From positions 1 through 62,943 of the forward strand of contig CAINEW010000024.1 in NCBI GenBank assembly GCA_903847915.1: DNA of 62,943 bases, in the 5' to 3' direction. Positions 35,175 to 44,347 of the stretch are shown piece by piece. The position numbers were made by a program, and so were the translations under genes. Source of the DNA: an uncultured bacterium. Lineage in GTDB: Bacteria > Patescibacteriota > Minisyncoccia > UBA6257 > GWB1-50-10. Numbering within the stretch: the first letter of the stretch is position 1; every line of letters starts with the position of its first letter. The notes beneath the pieces were generated by a model that was given only the letters and a program-made list of their open reading frames with translations, ran no database searches and was not told the origin of the DNA.

Positions 35175-36389
35175 CATCGAATTTATGACTTCCTTTACAA
35201 CTTTCACCTCACTCCACGGGATTTTCTTACCCTTCGGAAGATAAAGCCACTGCTCACTTCCCTTTCCGGTCATAACCACTACATCCCCCGGGCGTGCTAT
35301 CCGAATCGCCTTCGTAATTGCTTCTTTGCGATCAATAATTTCGTAAAGAGTGTTATTATTTTTTCGGATGTCACTGTTTTTAATTCCTGATTTGATCTGA
35401 TCCAAAATTTCTTGTGGATTTTCATCGTAAGGATTTTCTTCAGTGAGCACAATTACATCACAAAATTTTTCTGCAATTTCGCCAAAACGAGGACGCTTCC
35501 ACTTATCTCTCCCTCCTCCATCTGAACCGAACACCCCAATCAATCGAGCGCCCGAAACGGGCTTTAATGCCTTATAAATCGCCTCTAACGACTCTGGCGT
35601 ATGTGCATAGTCCACCACGACCGCAAATGGCTTTTCTTGCACAAATTCCATTCTGCCCGATACCCCTTTAAACTCACTAAGTGTCTTTTTAATAATCTCT
35701 CTCTCAACTCCTTGCGAGCGCGCAAATGCCCACGCACACGCACTGTTTTCTATATTAAAATCTGCTTTCACCCACAAAGACATTTCCTCACGTGTTATTT
35801 CTTTCAAAAGCTCGTCGCTGTTCCACAAAACCACTTTTGCATCAGATACTTCTCGCGCCGCATTTTCAAAAAAAGATTTGTATTCGTCGCGATCATTCAC
35901 AAAAAACCAATGTGGATGCTTTAAAGAATGTCCCGCATAACGGAAAAACGAAACTTTAGCGTCGCGATATTTTTCAAACGAACCGTGGGATTCAATATGT
36001 TCCGGCGCAAGATTCAAAAAAGCCGCCACATCCCATGCTATAAACCGATGACGATGTTGCACCACTCCTTGCGAAGTCACTTCAATAAACGCGTACTCAC
36101 ATCCCGTATTCACCGCATCGCGCAGAAATTTCTGAATCACCATTCGTCCCGGCATACTATTATGATACTTATTCGGCACACTTACCTCTCCCACTTTTCT
36201 CCGCACCGAATTAAGCAACGCAGTTTTTATTCCTGCGGATTCCATAATCGCACTCATAAGCTCCAAGGTACTTGATTTGCCCTTAGTACCCGTCACCCCC
36301 ACTACAAAAAGCTTTTTACTTGGAAAGCCATACACAAGCGCTCCACACAGTGCCCATAAAAAGTGATAAATAGAATAAAGAATAGACAT
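35163..36389 (-). CDS. Mur ligase family protein (MurE-like, no separate N-terminal domain)
   Basis: 408 aa with the GVTGTKGKSST P-loop and the middle and C-terminal Mur ligase domains (DYAHTP). Confidence 0.78.
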   Translation of the reverse strand: MSILYSIYHFLWALCGALVYGFPSKKLFVVGVTGTKGKSSTLELMSAIMESAGIKTALLNSVRRKVGEVSVPNKYHNSMPGRMVIQKFLRDAVNTGCEYAFIEVTSQGVVQHRHRFIAWDVAAFLNLAPEHIESHGSFEKYRDAKVSFFRYAGHSLKHPHWFFVNDRDEYKSFFENAAREVSDAKVVLWNSDELLKEITREEMSLWVKADFNIENSACAWAFARSQGVEREIIKKTLSEFKGVSGRMEFVQEKPFAVVVDYAHTPESLEAIYKALKPVSGARLIGVFGSDGGGRDKWKRPRFGEIAEKFCDVIVLTEENPYDENPQEILDQIKSGIKNSDIRKNNNTLYEIIDRKEAITKAIRIARPGDVVVMTGKGSEQWLYLPKGKKIPWSEVKVVKEVINSMAIH

Positions 36390-36510
36390 GATATAAATTA
36401 ATTAATGTTGAGTTTAGAATTTTGAATCAATTTTTAATGATTTAATGTTTTTTTAAAATAATCATTCGTACATTCATTCGAAATTAGAAATTAATAATTC
36501 AAAATTATCC

Positions 36511-37092
36511 TTATTTTTTCCTTCCTAACTCTTTGAGCGCGGCGCGCAATCGCTCTTCCACTGTCGTCCCAACACTTTCTGCAACTTTTAAAGCATGAAC
36601 AATTTCAGGACGTGGATACCCCAACCCCAAAAGCGCTTCTTCTGTTTCGCGATTCACATCCATCGCTTTCGTAAGCACCTCCGAATGAGGCACAGTGATT
36701 TTATTTTGCAATTCCACAATAATCCGTTCCGCGGTTTTTTTGCCAATCCCCGGCGCCGAAGAAAGAAGGTCAACCCGCTTCTCTAAAATCGCCGCCATAA
36801 TATTTGGGACAAGATCAAGATCTAACACGCCGAGTGCCGTCTTTGGCCCTACGCCAGAAATACTAATCAGAAGCTCAAAAAACGAGCGAGTATGTTCGTC
36901 TAAAAATCCAAACAATTCTTCTTGATCTTCGCGCACATAATGATGACAAAAGAGTTTCACTTCTGAAGCAAGCGGAGGAAGCGCACTCAACGTACGGGCA
37001 TTCGCACACACCCGATACCCCACCCCTCCGCACTCTACCACAAGAAAACCCTTATGGATTGACGCAAGTTTCCCTAAAAGAGAATAGATCAT
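36511..37092 (-). CDS. ruvA: Holliday junction DNA helicase RuvA
   Basis: MIYSLLGKLASIHKGFLVVECGGVGYRV matches the RuvA N-terminus, with HhH motifs (GVGPKTA, GIGKKTAERI). The start is set at the ATG at 37092 rather than the longer listed ORF. Confidence 0.88.
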   Translation of the reverse strand: MIYSLLGKLASIHKGFLVVECGGVGYRVCANARTLSALPPLASEVKLFCHHYVREDQEELFGFLDEHTRSFFELLISISGVGPKTALGVLDLDLVPNIMAAILEKRVDLLSSAPGIGKKTAERIIVELQNKITVPHSEVLTKAMDVNRETEEALLGLGYPRPEIVHALKVAESVGTTVEERLRAALKELGRKK

Positions 37093-37181
37093 TTTATTAC
37101 TACTATCATAGTCAAAAAAGAGCAGAAATGAAATAATCGTTTTATTTGACGAAAAAAGAAACCTCCGGTACAATAACCCCA

Positions 37182-37445
37182 ATGCCTAAAATTCAATCAG
37201 CTAAAAAACAGCTTCGCAAATCAGACCGCAATCACGCGCGCAATTTAGGACGCAAAAAACAAATGGGCGGAGCAATTAAAGAATATAAAAATCTCATCAC
37301 CTCAAAAAGTGGGGATGTAGGAGCACAGCTTTCTAAGGTGTATAAAACACTAGATAAAATGGCAAAAGTGGGCTTTATCAAAAAAAATAAAGCAAATCGC
37401 CTCAAATCCCGCTTAGCAAAGAAGATGGGAAAAGAGACAAAGTAA
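37182..37445 (+). CDS. rpsT: 30S ribosomal protein S20
   Basis: MPKIQSAKKQLRKSDRNHARN matches S20. The start is at the ATG at 37182. Confidence 0.9.
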   Translation: MPKIQSAKKQLRKSDRNHARNLGRKKQMGGAIKEYKNLITSKSGDVGAQLSKVYKTLDKMAKVGFIKKNKANRLKSRLAKKMGKETK

Positions 37446-37488
37446 TACGGTGGCAATTTGTAGTAATTATTAGTAATTCGATTGTAAA
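37442..37488 (-). repeat. phased ATTAC array F (inverted orientation; reads GTAAT on the + strand)
   Basis: GTAAT, GCAAT or GTAAA starts at 37442, 37453, 37463, 37473 and 37484. The first unit contains the rpsT stop codon. Confidence 0.75.
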
Positions 37489-37490
37489 AA

Positions 37491-37517
37491 AACGGCTAAA
37501 CCTTAGCTGTTTTTTTA
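37491..37517 (+). terminator. intrinsic terminator after rpsT
   Basis: aacggctaa-acc-ttagctgtt followed by a T7 run. Confidence 0.6.
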
Positions 37518-37559
37518 CTTTAAAACCATTTCCTTATTCATGCATCAATTTATACAATA

Positions 37560-37582
37560 TTTCACGATCGTGAAATCTTGTA
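37560..37582. promoter_or_regulatory. conserved palindromic motif TTTCACGATCGTGAAATCTTGTA (copy 1)
   Basis: The 23 nt are identical to 52216..52238, and the core TTTCACGATCGTGAAA is a perfect 16-bp palindrome. Confidence 0.6.
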
Positions 37583-37598
37583 CTAAAACAATATTGGA

Positions 37599-37672
37599 AT
37601 TACTTTTCTATCACGACCACAACTAAATTACTATCAATTACCACCGTATTACTATGAATTTCTACTAATTAC
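37599..37672 (+). repeat. phased ATTAC array D (6-7 units)
   Basis: ATTAC or ATTTC starts at 37599, 37627, 37637, 37648, 37658 and 37668. The array overlaps the holA stop codon. Confidence 0.8.
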
Positions 37673-38485
37673 AAAATCCGTCAGCGCCTCCTCATATTCC
37701 AACTCCCCGCTTTTAATAGCCACATCATAGTCCGCAAGACGCACACATTCTTCTCCACGCACCGAAAACACGAGTGAGTTAAAAATATGTCCCCCCTCTG
37801 CTCTTTGTGCGAAAAGACGCTCCAAAATCGCGAGGCGATCTTTCACACTTCGCGCATAATTCAATTTTCCCGTAAGTGTAAATACTTCTTCTGAAACGTC
37901 TCCTCGTACTAGTTTTTGCACATCGCTCAACTGAATAGGACTTTTAAAACCCGCACAACTCAACTGATCTAACAGAGAAGAGAGAAACCAGCTCCGATCT
38001 TTTTTTGATAATGCCACAGTACATACAAAACGAACAACTTCTAAAGAAAATGCCAATCCGCGCTCCTTGCCTTCTTTTACAAAAAAATATTCAAGCGTTT
38101 TTCTTTCAAGCTCAACAAATTCTTGCGATTGTACTGGTTCTTTTAAAAGAAACTGAAAATCTTTTTTAGGTTTCCCACTATCTGAAATGAGAATAAAATT
38201 AATCTTGCTCTCTAATTCTTTTTTAATCGTCCGAATCCACTCACGTTCTTGCGAGGCCGATTCTTTTCCCACCATTCCACTTTCTTTTACTATTGCCACT
38301 TTTGTTCCTGGAAACATTGATGGCTGACCCAAAAAATCCCGCACTTTTTGCCAATCTTCATACACCTCCTCTAAATCCACCACAATCGCATCTATGTGGA
38401 TATTTTTCTGCTTGTACACATTATAGAATTCTCGCAACCTCTTATTTCTGCGATAGCTATCAGGCCCATAGAGATAGATAATCAT
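37652..38485 (-). CDS. holA: DNA polymerase III delta subunit (HolA-like)
   Basis: 277 aa. The N-terminus MIIYLYGPDSY and the overall length and layout resemble HolA, but the sequence signal is weak. Confidence 0.5.
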   Translation of the reverse strand: MIIYLYGPDSYRRNKRLREFYNVYKQKNIHIDAIVVDLEEVYEDWQKVRDFLGQPSMFPGTKVAIVKESGMVGKESASQEREWIRTIKKELESKINFILISDSGKPKKDFQFLLKEPVQSQEFVELERKTLEYFFVKEGKERGLAFSLEVVRFVCTVALSKKDRSWFLSSLLDQLSCAGFKSPIQLSDVQKLVRGDVSEEVFTLTGKLNYARSVKDRLAILERLFAQRAEGGHIFNSLVFSVRGEECVRLADYDVAIKSGELEYEEALTDFVISRNS

Positions 38486-38557
38486 TTCGTCTTAATAGTA
38501 GCGAAAAATCATAAATATACATAGTCAGCAATAACCAATTAAGCTACAATAAAGAGA

Positions 38558-40237
38558 ATGAACGATAGCAAAGAAATTGATGCGCAATTAAAAGCCCAAC
38601 GACACATTGCCGAAGAAAATGACGCGCGCCGCCGTGCGGAGCGATTTAAACTCCCCTATCTTGATCTCATCTCTGTGCGCGTCCCAACTGAATTAAAAGC
38701 TATGGCACTTATTAAAGAAGCAGAAGCCCGCGCTTCGTTTCTCGTGCCCCTCCAAATCGTCCGCACTAAATTATTAGTCGCTGTCTTGAATCCCGACTTC
38801 CCCACCACCAAAGAAACACTTGCGCGTCTCAAAAAGGATTATGAGTTGAATGTGATGGTCGTCTCACGCACGAGTTTAGAACACGCGTGGGAATATTATC
38901 GTGCCATTCCCGAAGAGACCGCAGACATTAGTGGGAAAGTAACAATTGACGAAGCACACTTCAAAACCTATCTCGCGCAAATTAAAACCATTTCAGACCT
39001 CACAGACGCCATCACTAATTTCAAAAGTCCGCTCACTTCCCAAATTCTTGAAATCATTCTCGCGGGCGCCCTCTCACTCGGCACCTCCGACATTCACCTT
39101 GAAGCGGGCGAACACGCAGGCACAGTACGTATCCGCATAGACGGCATTTTGCATGATGTGTGCACCACACTCACTCCTCACAACTACATGCTCATTGTGA
39201 CCCGCATCAAGCTCCTCTCCAATCTCAAAATCAATGTGCAACATGAAGCACAAGACGGCCGATTCACGATTACCCTAAGCGACCGCGATATTGAAATGCG
39301 CACGTCTATTATTCCTTCTGAATTCGGCGAGACAGTCGTAATGCGTATTTTGGACCCACGTTCCTTGAACACTAAATTAGAAACGCTCGGCTGGCGCCCT
39401 GATGATCTCGTGATCATTGAAGATATTTTGAAACGTCCGAATGGTCTTATTCTTAATACCGGTCCTACCGGCTCCGGAAAAACCACCACTCTCTATGCAT
39501 TTTTGAAACATATGTATAGCAAAGAAATTAAAATTATTACGATTGAAGATCCGGTGGAATATCATCTTGAAGGTATCTCGCAAACACAGGTAAATAATGA
39601 AACAGACTATACCTTTGCGAATGGCCTTCGTTCTATTCTGCGTCAAGACCCTGACGTAATTTTAGTCGGCGAAATCCGCGATCGGGAAACGGCAGAAATC
39701 GCGATGAATGCCTCGCTCACCGGGCACTTAGTGTTTTCAACCCTTCACACAAACGACGCGGTGGGTGCCATCCCTCGCTTAATTGACCTTGGCGCGCAAC
39801 CGCACATCATCGGCCCCGCAATCAGTTTAGTCATCGCCCAACGATTGGTACGCGTCTTATGTCCTCACTGTAAAATTTCTACACCCATCACATCAGAACT
39901 CAAAAATCAGATTGATCAATTTTTCACGCAGCTCCCTCATCGAGTGGATCGCACCCCCTATCATTCGTATGAGCTTTTTACCGCAAAAGGATGTGAGCAG
40001 TGTGGCGGTATCGGTTATCACGGCCGTACTTCACTTTTTGAATTGTTTATTATCACGAAAGATCTTGAAGAACTCATCTATCAAAGCCCTTCAGTTATCC
40101 AATTAAAGGACTTGGCACGAGCACAAGGAATGACTACAATGCAAGAAGATGGAATGTTGAAAATTTTGCGCGGAATAACCGACAAAGACGAAGTGGAACG
40201 ATTAACTGGTCCCCTTCCTTGGTTTCCTCGAGTATGA
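38558..40237 (+). CDS. GspE/PilB-family type II/IV secretion ATPase
   Basis: 559 aa with Walker A GPTGSGKTTTLY, Asp box, Walker B ILVGEIRD, His box and a CxxC...CxxC tetracysteine. Confidence 0.9.
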   Translation: MNDSKEIDAQLKAQRHIAEENDARRRAERFKLPYLDLISVRVPTELKAMALIKEAEARASFLVPLQIVRTKLLVAVLNPDFPTTKETLARLKKDYELNVMVVSRTSLEHAWEYYRAIPEETADISGKVTIDEAHFKTYLAQIKTISDLTDAITNFKSPLTSQILEIILAGALSLGTSDIHLEAGEHAGTVRIRIDGILHDVCTTLTPHNYMLIVTRIKLLSNLKINVQHEAQDGRFTITLSDRDIEMRTSIIPSEFGETVVMRILDPRSLNTKLETLGWRPDDLVIIEDILKRPNGLILNTGPTGSGKTTTLYAFLKHMYSKEIKIITIEDPVEYHLEGISQTQVNNETDYTFANGLRSILRQDPDVILVGEIRDRETAEIAMNASLTGHLVFSTLHTNDAVGAIPRLIDLGAQPHIIGPAISLVIAQRLVRVLCPHCKISTPITSELKNQIDQFFTQLPHRVDRTPYHSYELFTAKGCEQCGGIGYHGRTSLFELFIITKDLEELIYQSPSVIQLKDLARAQGMTTMQEDGMLKILRGITDKDEVERLTGPLPWFPRV

Positions 40238-40244
40238 AGCTCCA

Positions 40245-40620
40245 CAACCTTATGTTGTGATCTTCTGCGGAATCCGCCGAAGCACCCTCCTTCGCTCTTT
40301 AGAGCTACGGAAGGGTCCACCTTCATACATATTTATGGGCTTACGCCCATAGTACTCTGCGAAGGTGGATAACAAAACCGCCTCGCACAAGGCGAGGACG
40401 GTCATTCCATACAAATGATACAGATCTGATCTGTGGGCAAAGGCGCCCAAAGGGCAAAGTGTGAACTTCTTTTTACAAGGTAAAGAGAAGCGAGGATAGG
40501 TTCCGAGGAGTTCCTTCGCCGAAGCCAAGCAATCCTAATATTAAGAACACTATCCGTTTGCCCACAGGTCAGATCGCACTTCTATGGTAATAGCGTAAGT
40601 ATAGCACAAATATAAATCCT
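40245..40620 (+). ncRNA. rnpB: structured ncRNA, RNase P RNA (rnpB)-like; ends approximate
   Basis: This is a 403-nt gap with only shadow ORFs. GGAAGGGUCC at 40309..40318 resembles CR-I GGAAAGUCC. ACAAAACCGCC plus the hairpin cctcgc-acaa-ggcgagg at 40371..40397 resembles J11/12-P12. A loop contains GGUAA (40479..40483). CCGAAGCCAAGCAAUCC resembles the CCGGAGCAAGGCCAAAUAGG region. The P4 3' strand was not confidently located. Confidence 0.45.
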
Positions 40621-40640
40621 GTCAAGTACCCCTCATCTCT

Positions 40641-41648
40641 ATGTCCACACAAGACAAAAAAAGTCAATCAGGAAGCGAAGAAATCAACTTTGAAAAAGCG
40701 TTGCGTCCCACCGCGTGGGATGACTATATCGGACAAGAAAAAGTGAAACAACATTTACGATTAATGATTGACGCCGCACGTGCACGCAAAGAACCATGCG
40801 ATCATTTACTTTTTTATGGTCAACCAGGACTCGGCAAAACTACGCTCGCGTATTTAATCGGAAAAGAAATGCAGACACAAGTGCGCTCTACCTCCGGTCC
40901 CGCATTAGAAAAACCGGGCGACATCGCCGCACTCCTCACCAACCTTGAACCTCACGATATTTTATTTATTGACGAAGCACATCGCATTAATAAATTAGTA
41001 GAAGAGGTGCTCTACCCCGCGATGGAAACGCGCACCTTACATCTCATTATTGGCAAGGGTCCTTCTGCAAAAACATTTTCTCTTGACCTTCCTCCATTTA
41101 CAATTGTTGCAGCAACCACAAAAGCGAATCTTCTTTCAAGTCCGCTCCGCTCACGCTTCGGTGCTATTTTTCGTCTTGAATTTTATGATGTAAAAGATAT
41201 TGAAAAAATTCTCACGCGCTCCGCGCATTTACTTGGCGTGGAAATAACACATGAAGCAAAAAAAATACTCGCCGAAACTGCGCGCTTCACGCCCCGCACC
41301 GCAAACCGATTATTAAAACGCGCACGCGATTATGCTCAACTTTATCGCAAGAACGTGATTGATAACACGTGCGCCGAAGAGACATTAAAACTGCTTGATA
41401 TTGATGAATTCGGCCTTGAACGCGCTGACAGAGATTTCTTAGAAATCCTCATAGATAAGTTTCAAGGAGGGCCGGTGGGTATAAGAGCGCTCGGGGCAGC
41501 GTTAAACGAGGAACCCGGCACGATTGAAGATGTTTATGAACCCTTTTTGATGCAAATAGGCCTTCTTCAAAGAACTCCTGCAGGAAGAATTGCCACAAAA
41601 CGAGCGTATACTCATCTCAAAAAAGATCATAAATCACCCCTCTTTTAG
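40641..41648 (+). CDS. ruvB: Holliday junction DNA helicase RuvB
   Basis: 335 aa with LRP..W.DYIGQ and GQPGLGKTTLA. Confidence 0.95.
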   Translation: MSTQDKKSQSGSEEINFEKALRPTAWDDYIGQEKVKQHLRLMIDAARARKEPCDHLLFYGQPGLGKTTLAYLIGKEMQTQVRSTSGPALEKPGDIAALLTNLEPHDILFIDEAHRINKLVEEVLYPAMETRTLHLIIGKGPSAKTFSLDLPPFTIVAATTKANLLSSPLRSRFGAIFRLEFYDVKDIEKILTRSAHLLGVEITHEAKKILAETARFTPRTANRLLKRARDYAQLYRKNVIDNTCAEETLKLLDIDEFGLERADRDFLEILIDKFQGGPVGIRALGAALNEEPGTIEDVYEPFLMQIGLLQRTPAGRIATKRAYTHLKKDHKSPLF

Positions 41649-41681
41649 GGTGTTACAGGGCGTTACAGATAGACCAATTCT

Positions 41682-42152
41682 ATGATATTTAAAAGCATTT
41701 CAGAAAAAGACACTTTTACATACGGAGCGACGTGTGCGCAAGAACTTATCGCACACCCCGTAGTACGCGAGCGCGCTACCCTCATCACCCTTAAGGGTAA
41801 TTTAGGCGCGGGCAAGACAGTGTTCGTAAAAGGATTTGTCAAAGGATGCGGAATCAACCATTCAGTCACAAGTCCCACATTCGTATTGATGAAACATTAT
41901 GTTATTCCTAAAAAAATATCGCCCTACTATCGCGATCTTTTTCATATAGACGCCTATCGTCTCCGCACTAAAAAGGACGCAGAATCAATCGGTTTGTTTG
42001 AGATGTTAAATAATCCGCACGCGCTCATTTTAATCGAATGGCCAGAACGGTTGAGTGCTCTTATAAAAGAATCCTTGATCCGCATTACAATCGCACATGG
42101 AAAAAAATCTACAAATAATCAAACCACGCGCACAATCACCTTTTCTTCATAA
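41682..42152 (+). CDS. tsaE: tRNA t6A37 biosynthesis ATPase TsaE
   Basis: 156 aa with the LKGNLGAGKTVFVKG P-loop followed by SPTF. Confidence 0.85.
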   Translation: MIFKSISEKDTFTYGATCAQELIAHPVVRERATLITLKGNLGAGKTVFVKGFVKGCGINHSVTSPTFVLMKHYVIPKKISPYYRDLFHIDAYRLRTKKDAESIGLFEMLNNPHALILIEWPERLSALIKESLIRITIAHGKKSTNNQTTRTITFSS

Positions 42153-43060
42153 TGTTTACAAACACTCTTCTTTTAATTGACACGAGCGCACTCGCCCATC
42201 GCGCCTTTCACGCACTTCCTCCTCTTACCACTCCAGACGGAAAGCCGATTGGCGCTATTTATGGCTTTATTAAATTATTATTAAAAAATATTGAAACCTA
42301 TCAACCTACTCATATTGCCGCAGCACTGGATCTGCCCGGGAAAACATTTCGCGACAAATTATTTGACGACTACAAAAGCCATCGTCCTCCCACCGCTGAA
42401 GCATTAACAGAACAACTAGAACAACTTCCGGAAGTGCTTTCGTGGTTTTCTATTCCCTCGTTTTCTTGTGAAGATTATGAGGCGGACGATGTGATCGGCA
42501 CGCTCGCCGTAAAATTCAAATCAGATGCCTCTCTCCGCATTATTATCTTGACCGGCGATCTCGACACCCTTCAATTAGTAGAAGGTGATCAGGTGGTAGT
42601 CGCGACTCCCCAAAAAGGAACTGTGGACGCGCTTATTTATAACGAGGAAGAAGTGAAAAAACGCTACAATCTTTCTCCCCGCCAATTCGCGGACTATAAG
42701 GCGCTTGTAGGCGACGCCTCCGATAATATCCCCGGGGTAAAAGGCATCGGACCAAAAACCGCCACCACACTTCTCACTCGTTATACCACCCTAGAACACG
42801 CTTTTCAGAGCCAAGAAAAAGAGGACGTTATTCTCCAAAAAATACTTCCACACAAAGAACAGATTACAATAGCAAAAAAATTGAGCACCATAATCACCAA
42901 TATTCCTCTTATCATTAATCTCCCTGACCTCGTCTATCGTCCTACTTCCGCAGAAACACTCATTCCTCATTTTGAACAATGCGGATTCAAAAGTTTGGTT
43001 ACTACATTCCAAAAAAAGATTGAGAAAGAACACACTCCTCGCCAAATTTCCCTTACCTAA
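42152..43060 (+). CDS. 5'-3' exonuclease (FEN/Pol I N-terminal domain-like)
   Basis: 302 aa with LLLIDTSALAHRAFHA, YEADDVIGT, TGDLDTLQL and the H3TH motif GDASDNIPGVKGIGPKTA. Confidence 0.88.
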   Translation: MFTNTLLLIDTSALAHRAFHALPPLTTPDGKPIGAIYGFIKLLLKNIETYQPTHIAAALDLPGKTFRDKLFDDYKSHRPPTAEALTEQLEQLPEVLSWFSIPSFSCEDYEADDVIGTLAVKFKSDASLRIIILTGDLDTLQLVEGDQVVVATPQKGTVDALIYNEEEVKKRYNLSPRQFADYKALVGDASDNIPGVKGIGPKTATTLLTRYTTLEHAFQSQEKEDVILQKILPHKEQITIAKKLSTIITNIPLIINLPDLVYRPTSAETLIPHFEQCGFKSLVTTFQKKIEKEHTPRQISLT

Positions 43061-43080
43061 AACGTGCGCACTATGGTATT

Positions 43081-44265
43081 GTGAAAGAGATGACTTATAC
43101 CAAAATACTAACTCCACTTATTGGCCTCCTTGTCCTTATGTTAGGGCTTTTAATTACAAATCTTTTTTATGCGCCCCTTCTTTTGAGTGCGGGTGCTCTT
43201 TTTATTTTTATAGGTCTTGCAATAATAGTAATTAATCTTCTTTCTTCGCTTTCATCTTCGTCAAAAACCATAGATGTGAGCACGTCTCATTTTAAGGCGC
43301 TTTTTGACCACCTTGAAGATGGGGTGTGTATTTATACTCCCGAATTACGTATCTTGGAATGTAACGATGCGTTTGCGCGCATGGTAGCAATCCCTCCTGA
43401 AATACTTCATGCTGCATTCATAGTAAAGCCAGAATTTGCACAAAAAGAAGGATACCGGGTGCTTGCTTCCCTTATGTTCCCCTCACTTGTACCATCACTC
43501 ACCGAAGAATCAGAACCAGGCGTGTGGCCAAATATTATTTCTTTCTCATTAGAAAATCCTTCGCGCTCATTTCTTACCACCCTCCATCAATTAAAAAATA
43601 GTGAGGGGGCGCTTGTGGGATTTTTAAAAATCATACGAGAAAAAACACGCGAAGACGCACTCCTTAAATCAAAAACAGAATTTATTCATACTGCCGCACA
43701 TCAACTCCGCACTCCACTCACCGGACTTCATTGGGCACTTCAAACAATTATGAAAACTGCAGAAGAGAAGTGTCCAGAACTGAACGAAACCACACGCGAA
43801 GCATTTCTTGTGTCTGAACGCGCACTTAAAATCGTAAATGACCTACTTGACGCCGCACGTATCGAAGAAGGTAAATTCGGTGGTGCTCTTTCGGCGCTTA
43901 ATTTGAGCACACTTGTAGAAAACGTGCTCAAAGAAATAAAACCACTAAAAGATCATTATGGTATCGCGATCACTTACAATCCTCCTTCTTCTCCAATTAT
44001 TATAAAAGCAGACGAAGAGCGCCTTGCAATGGTCATTAATAACTTATTAGACAACGCTATCCGTTACAACACAAAAGACGGGTCGGTTATTATTTCGCTT
44101 CAAGAAGAAGGCACTCGCGCACAACTCGTAATACAAGACACGGGCGTAGGGATACCCGAAAATGACAAAGCACACATATTTGACAAGCTCTATCGAGGAT
44201 CTAATGTCGCTCAACTTGAACCGAATGGATCAGGATTAGGACTTTATATTGCAAAAATATTATAA
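43081..44265 (+). CDS. sensor histidine kinase, C-terminal end displaced by a frameshift
   Basis: Two TM helices, a PAS-like region, H-box AAHQLRTPLT, N-box LLDNAIRYN, G1 DTGVGIP and G2 GSGLGLYIAK. The ORF stops right after G2. The expected ending (INQHRGTISLESHPHKGTIATITLPL) is readable in another frame up to 44350. Confidence 0.8.
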   Translation: MKEMTYTKILTPLIGLLVLMLGLLITNLFYAPLLLSAGALFIFIGLAIIVINLLSSLSSSSKTIDVSTSHFKALFDHLEDGVCIYTPELRILECNDAFARMVAIPPEILHAAFIVKPEFAQKEGYRVLASLMFPSLVPSLTEESEPGVWPNIISFSLENPSRSFLTTLHQLKNSEGALVGFLKIIREKTREDALLKSKTEFIHTAAHQLRTPLTGLHWALQTIMKTAEEKCPELNETTREAFLVSERALKIVNDLLDAARIEEGKFGGALSALNLSTLVENVLKEIKPLKDHYGIAITYNPPSSPIIIKADEERLAMVINNLLDNAIRYNTKDGSVIISLQEEGTRAQLVIQDTGVGIPENDKAHIFDKLYRGSNVAQLEPNGSGLGLYIAKIL

Positions 44266-44347
44266 ATCAACACAGAGGAACAATTTCGCTAGAATCGCAC
44301 CCTCACAAAGGAACGATAGCAACAATAACGCTTCCTCTTGATAACTC

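Noticed and set aside
36390-36510. AT-rich spacer upstream of ruvA with a 10-bp inverted repeat (aattttgaat / attcaaaatt) and a cattcg direct repeat.
   Set aside because: It is very low-complexity AT-rich sequence. Repeats of this length are expected by chance, and no copy was found elsewhere in the window.
36511-37182. Longer listed starts for ruvA (37182), UDG (31026), rpmH (50391), rnpA (50456), rpsT (37146) and the GIY-YIG gene (19442).
   Set aside because: The extensions overlap neighbouring genes or RNAs. The conserved N-termini begin at internal ATGs: 37092, 30915, 50481, 50630, 37182 and 19517.
40081-40528. 81-aa and 92-aa minus-strand ORFs in the PilB-ruvB gap.
   Set aside because: The region is dense with stable hairpins and RNase P-like motifs on the plus strand, and the ORFs have no start context or motifs.
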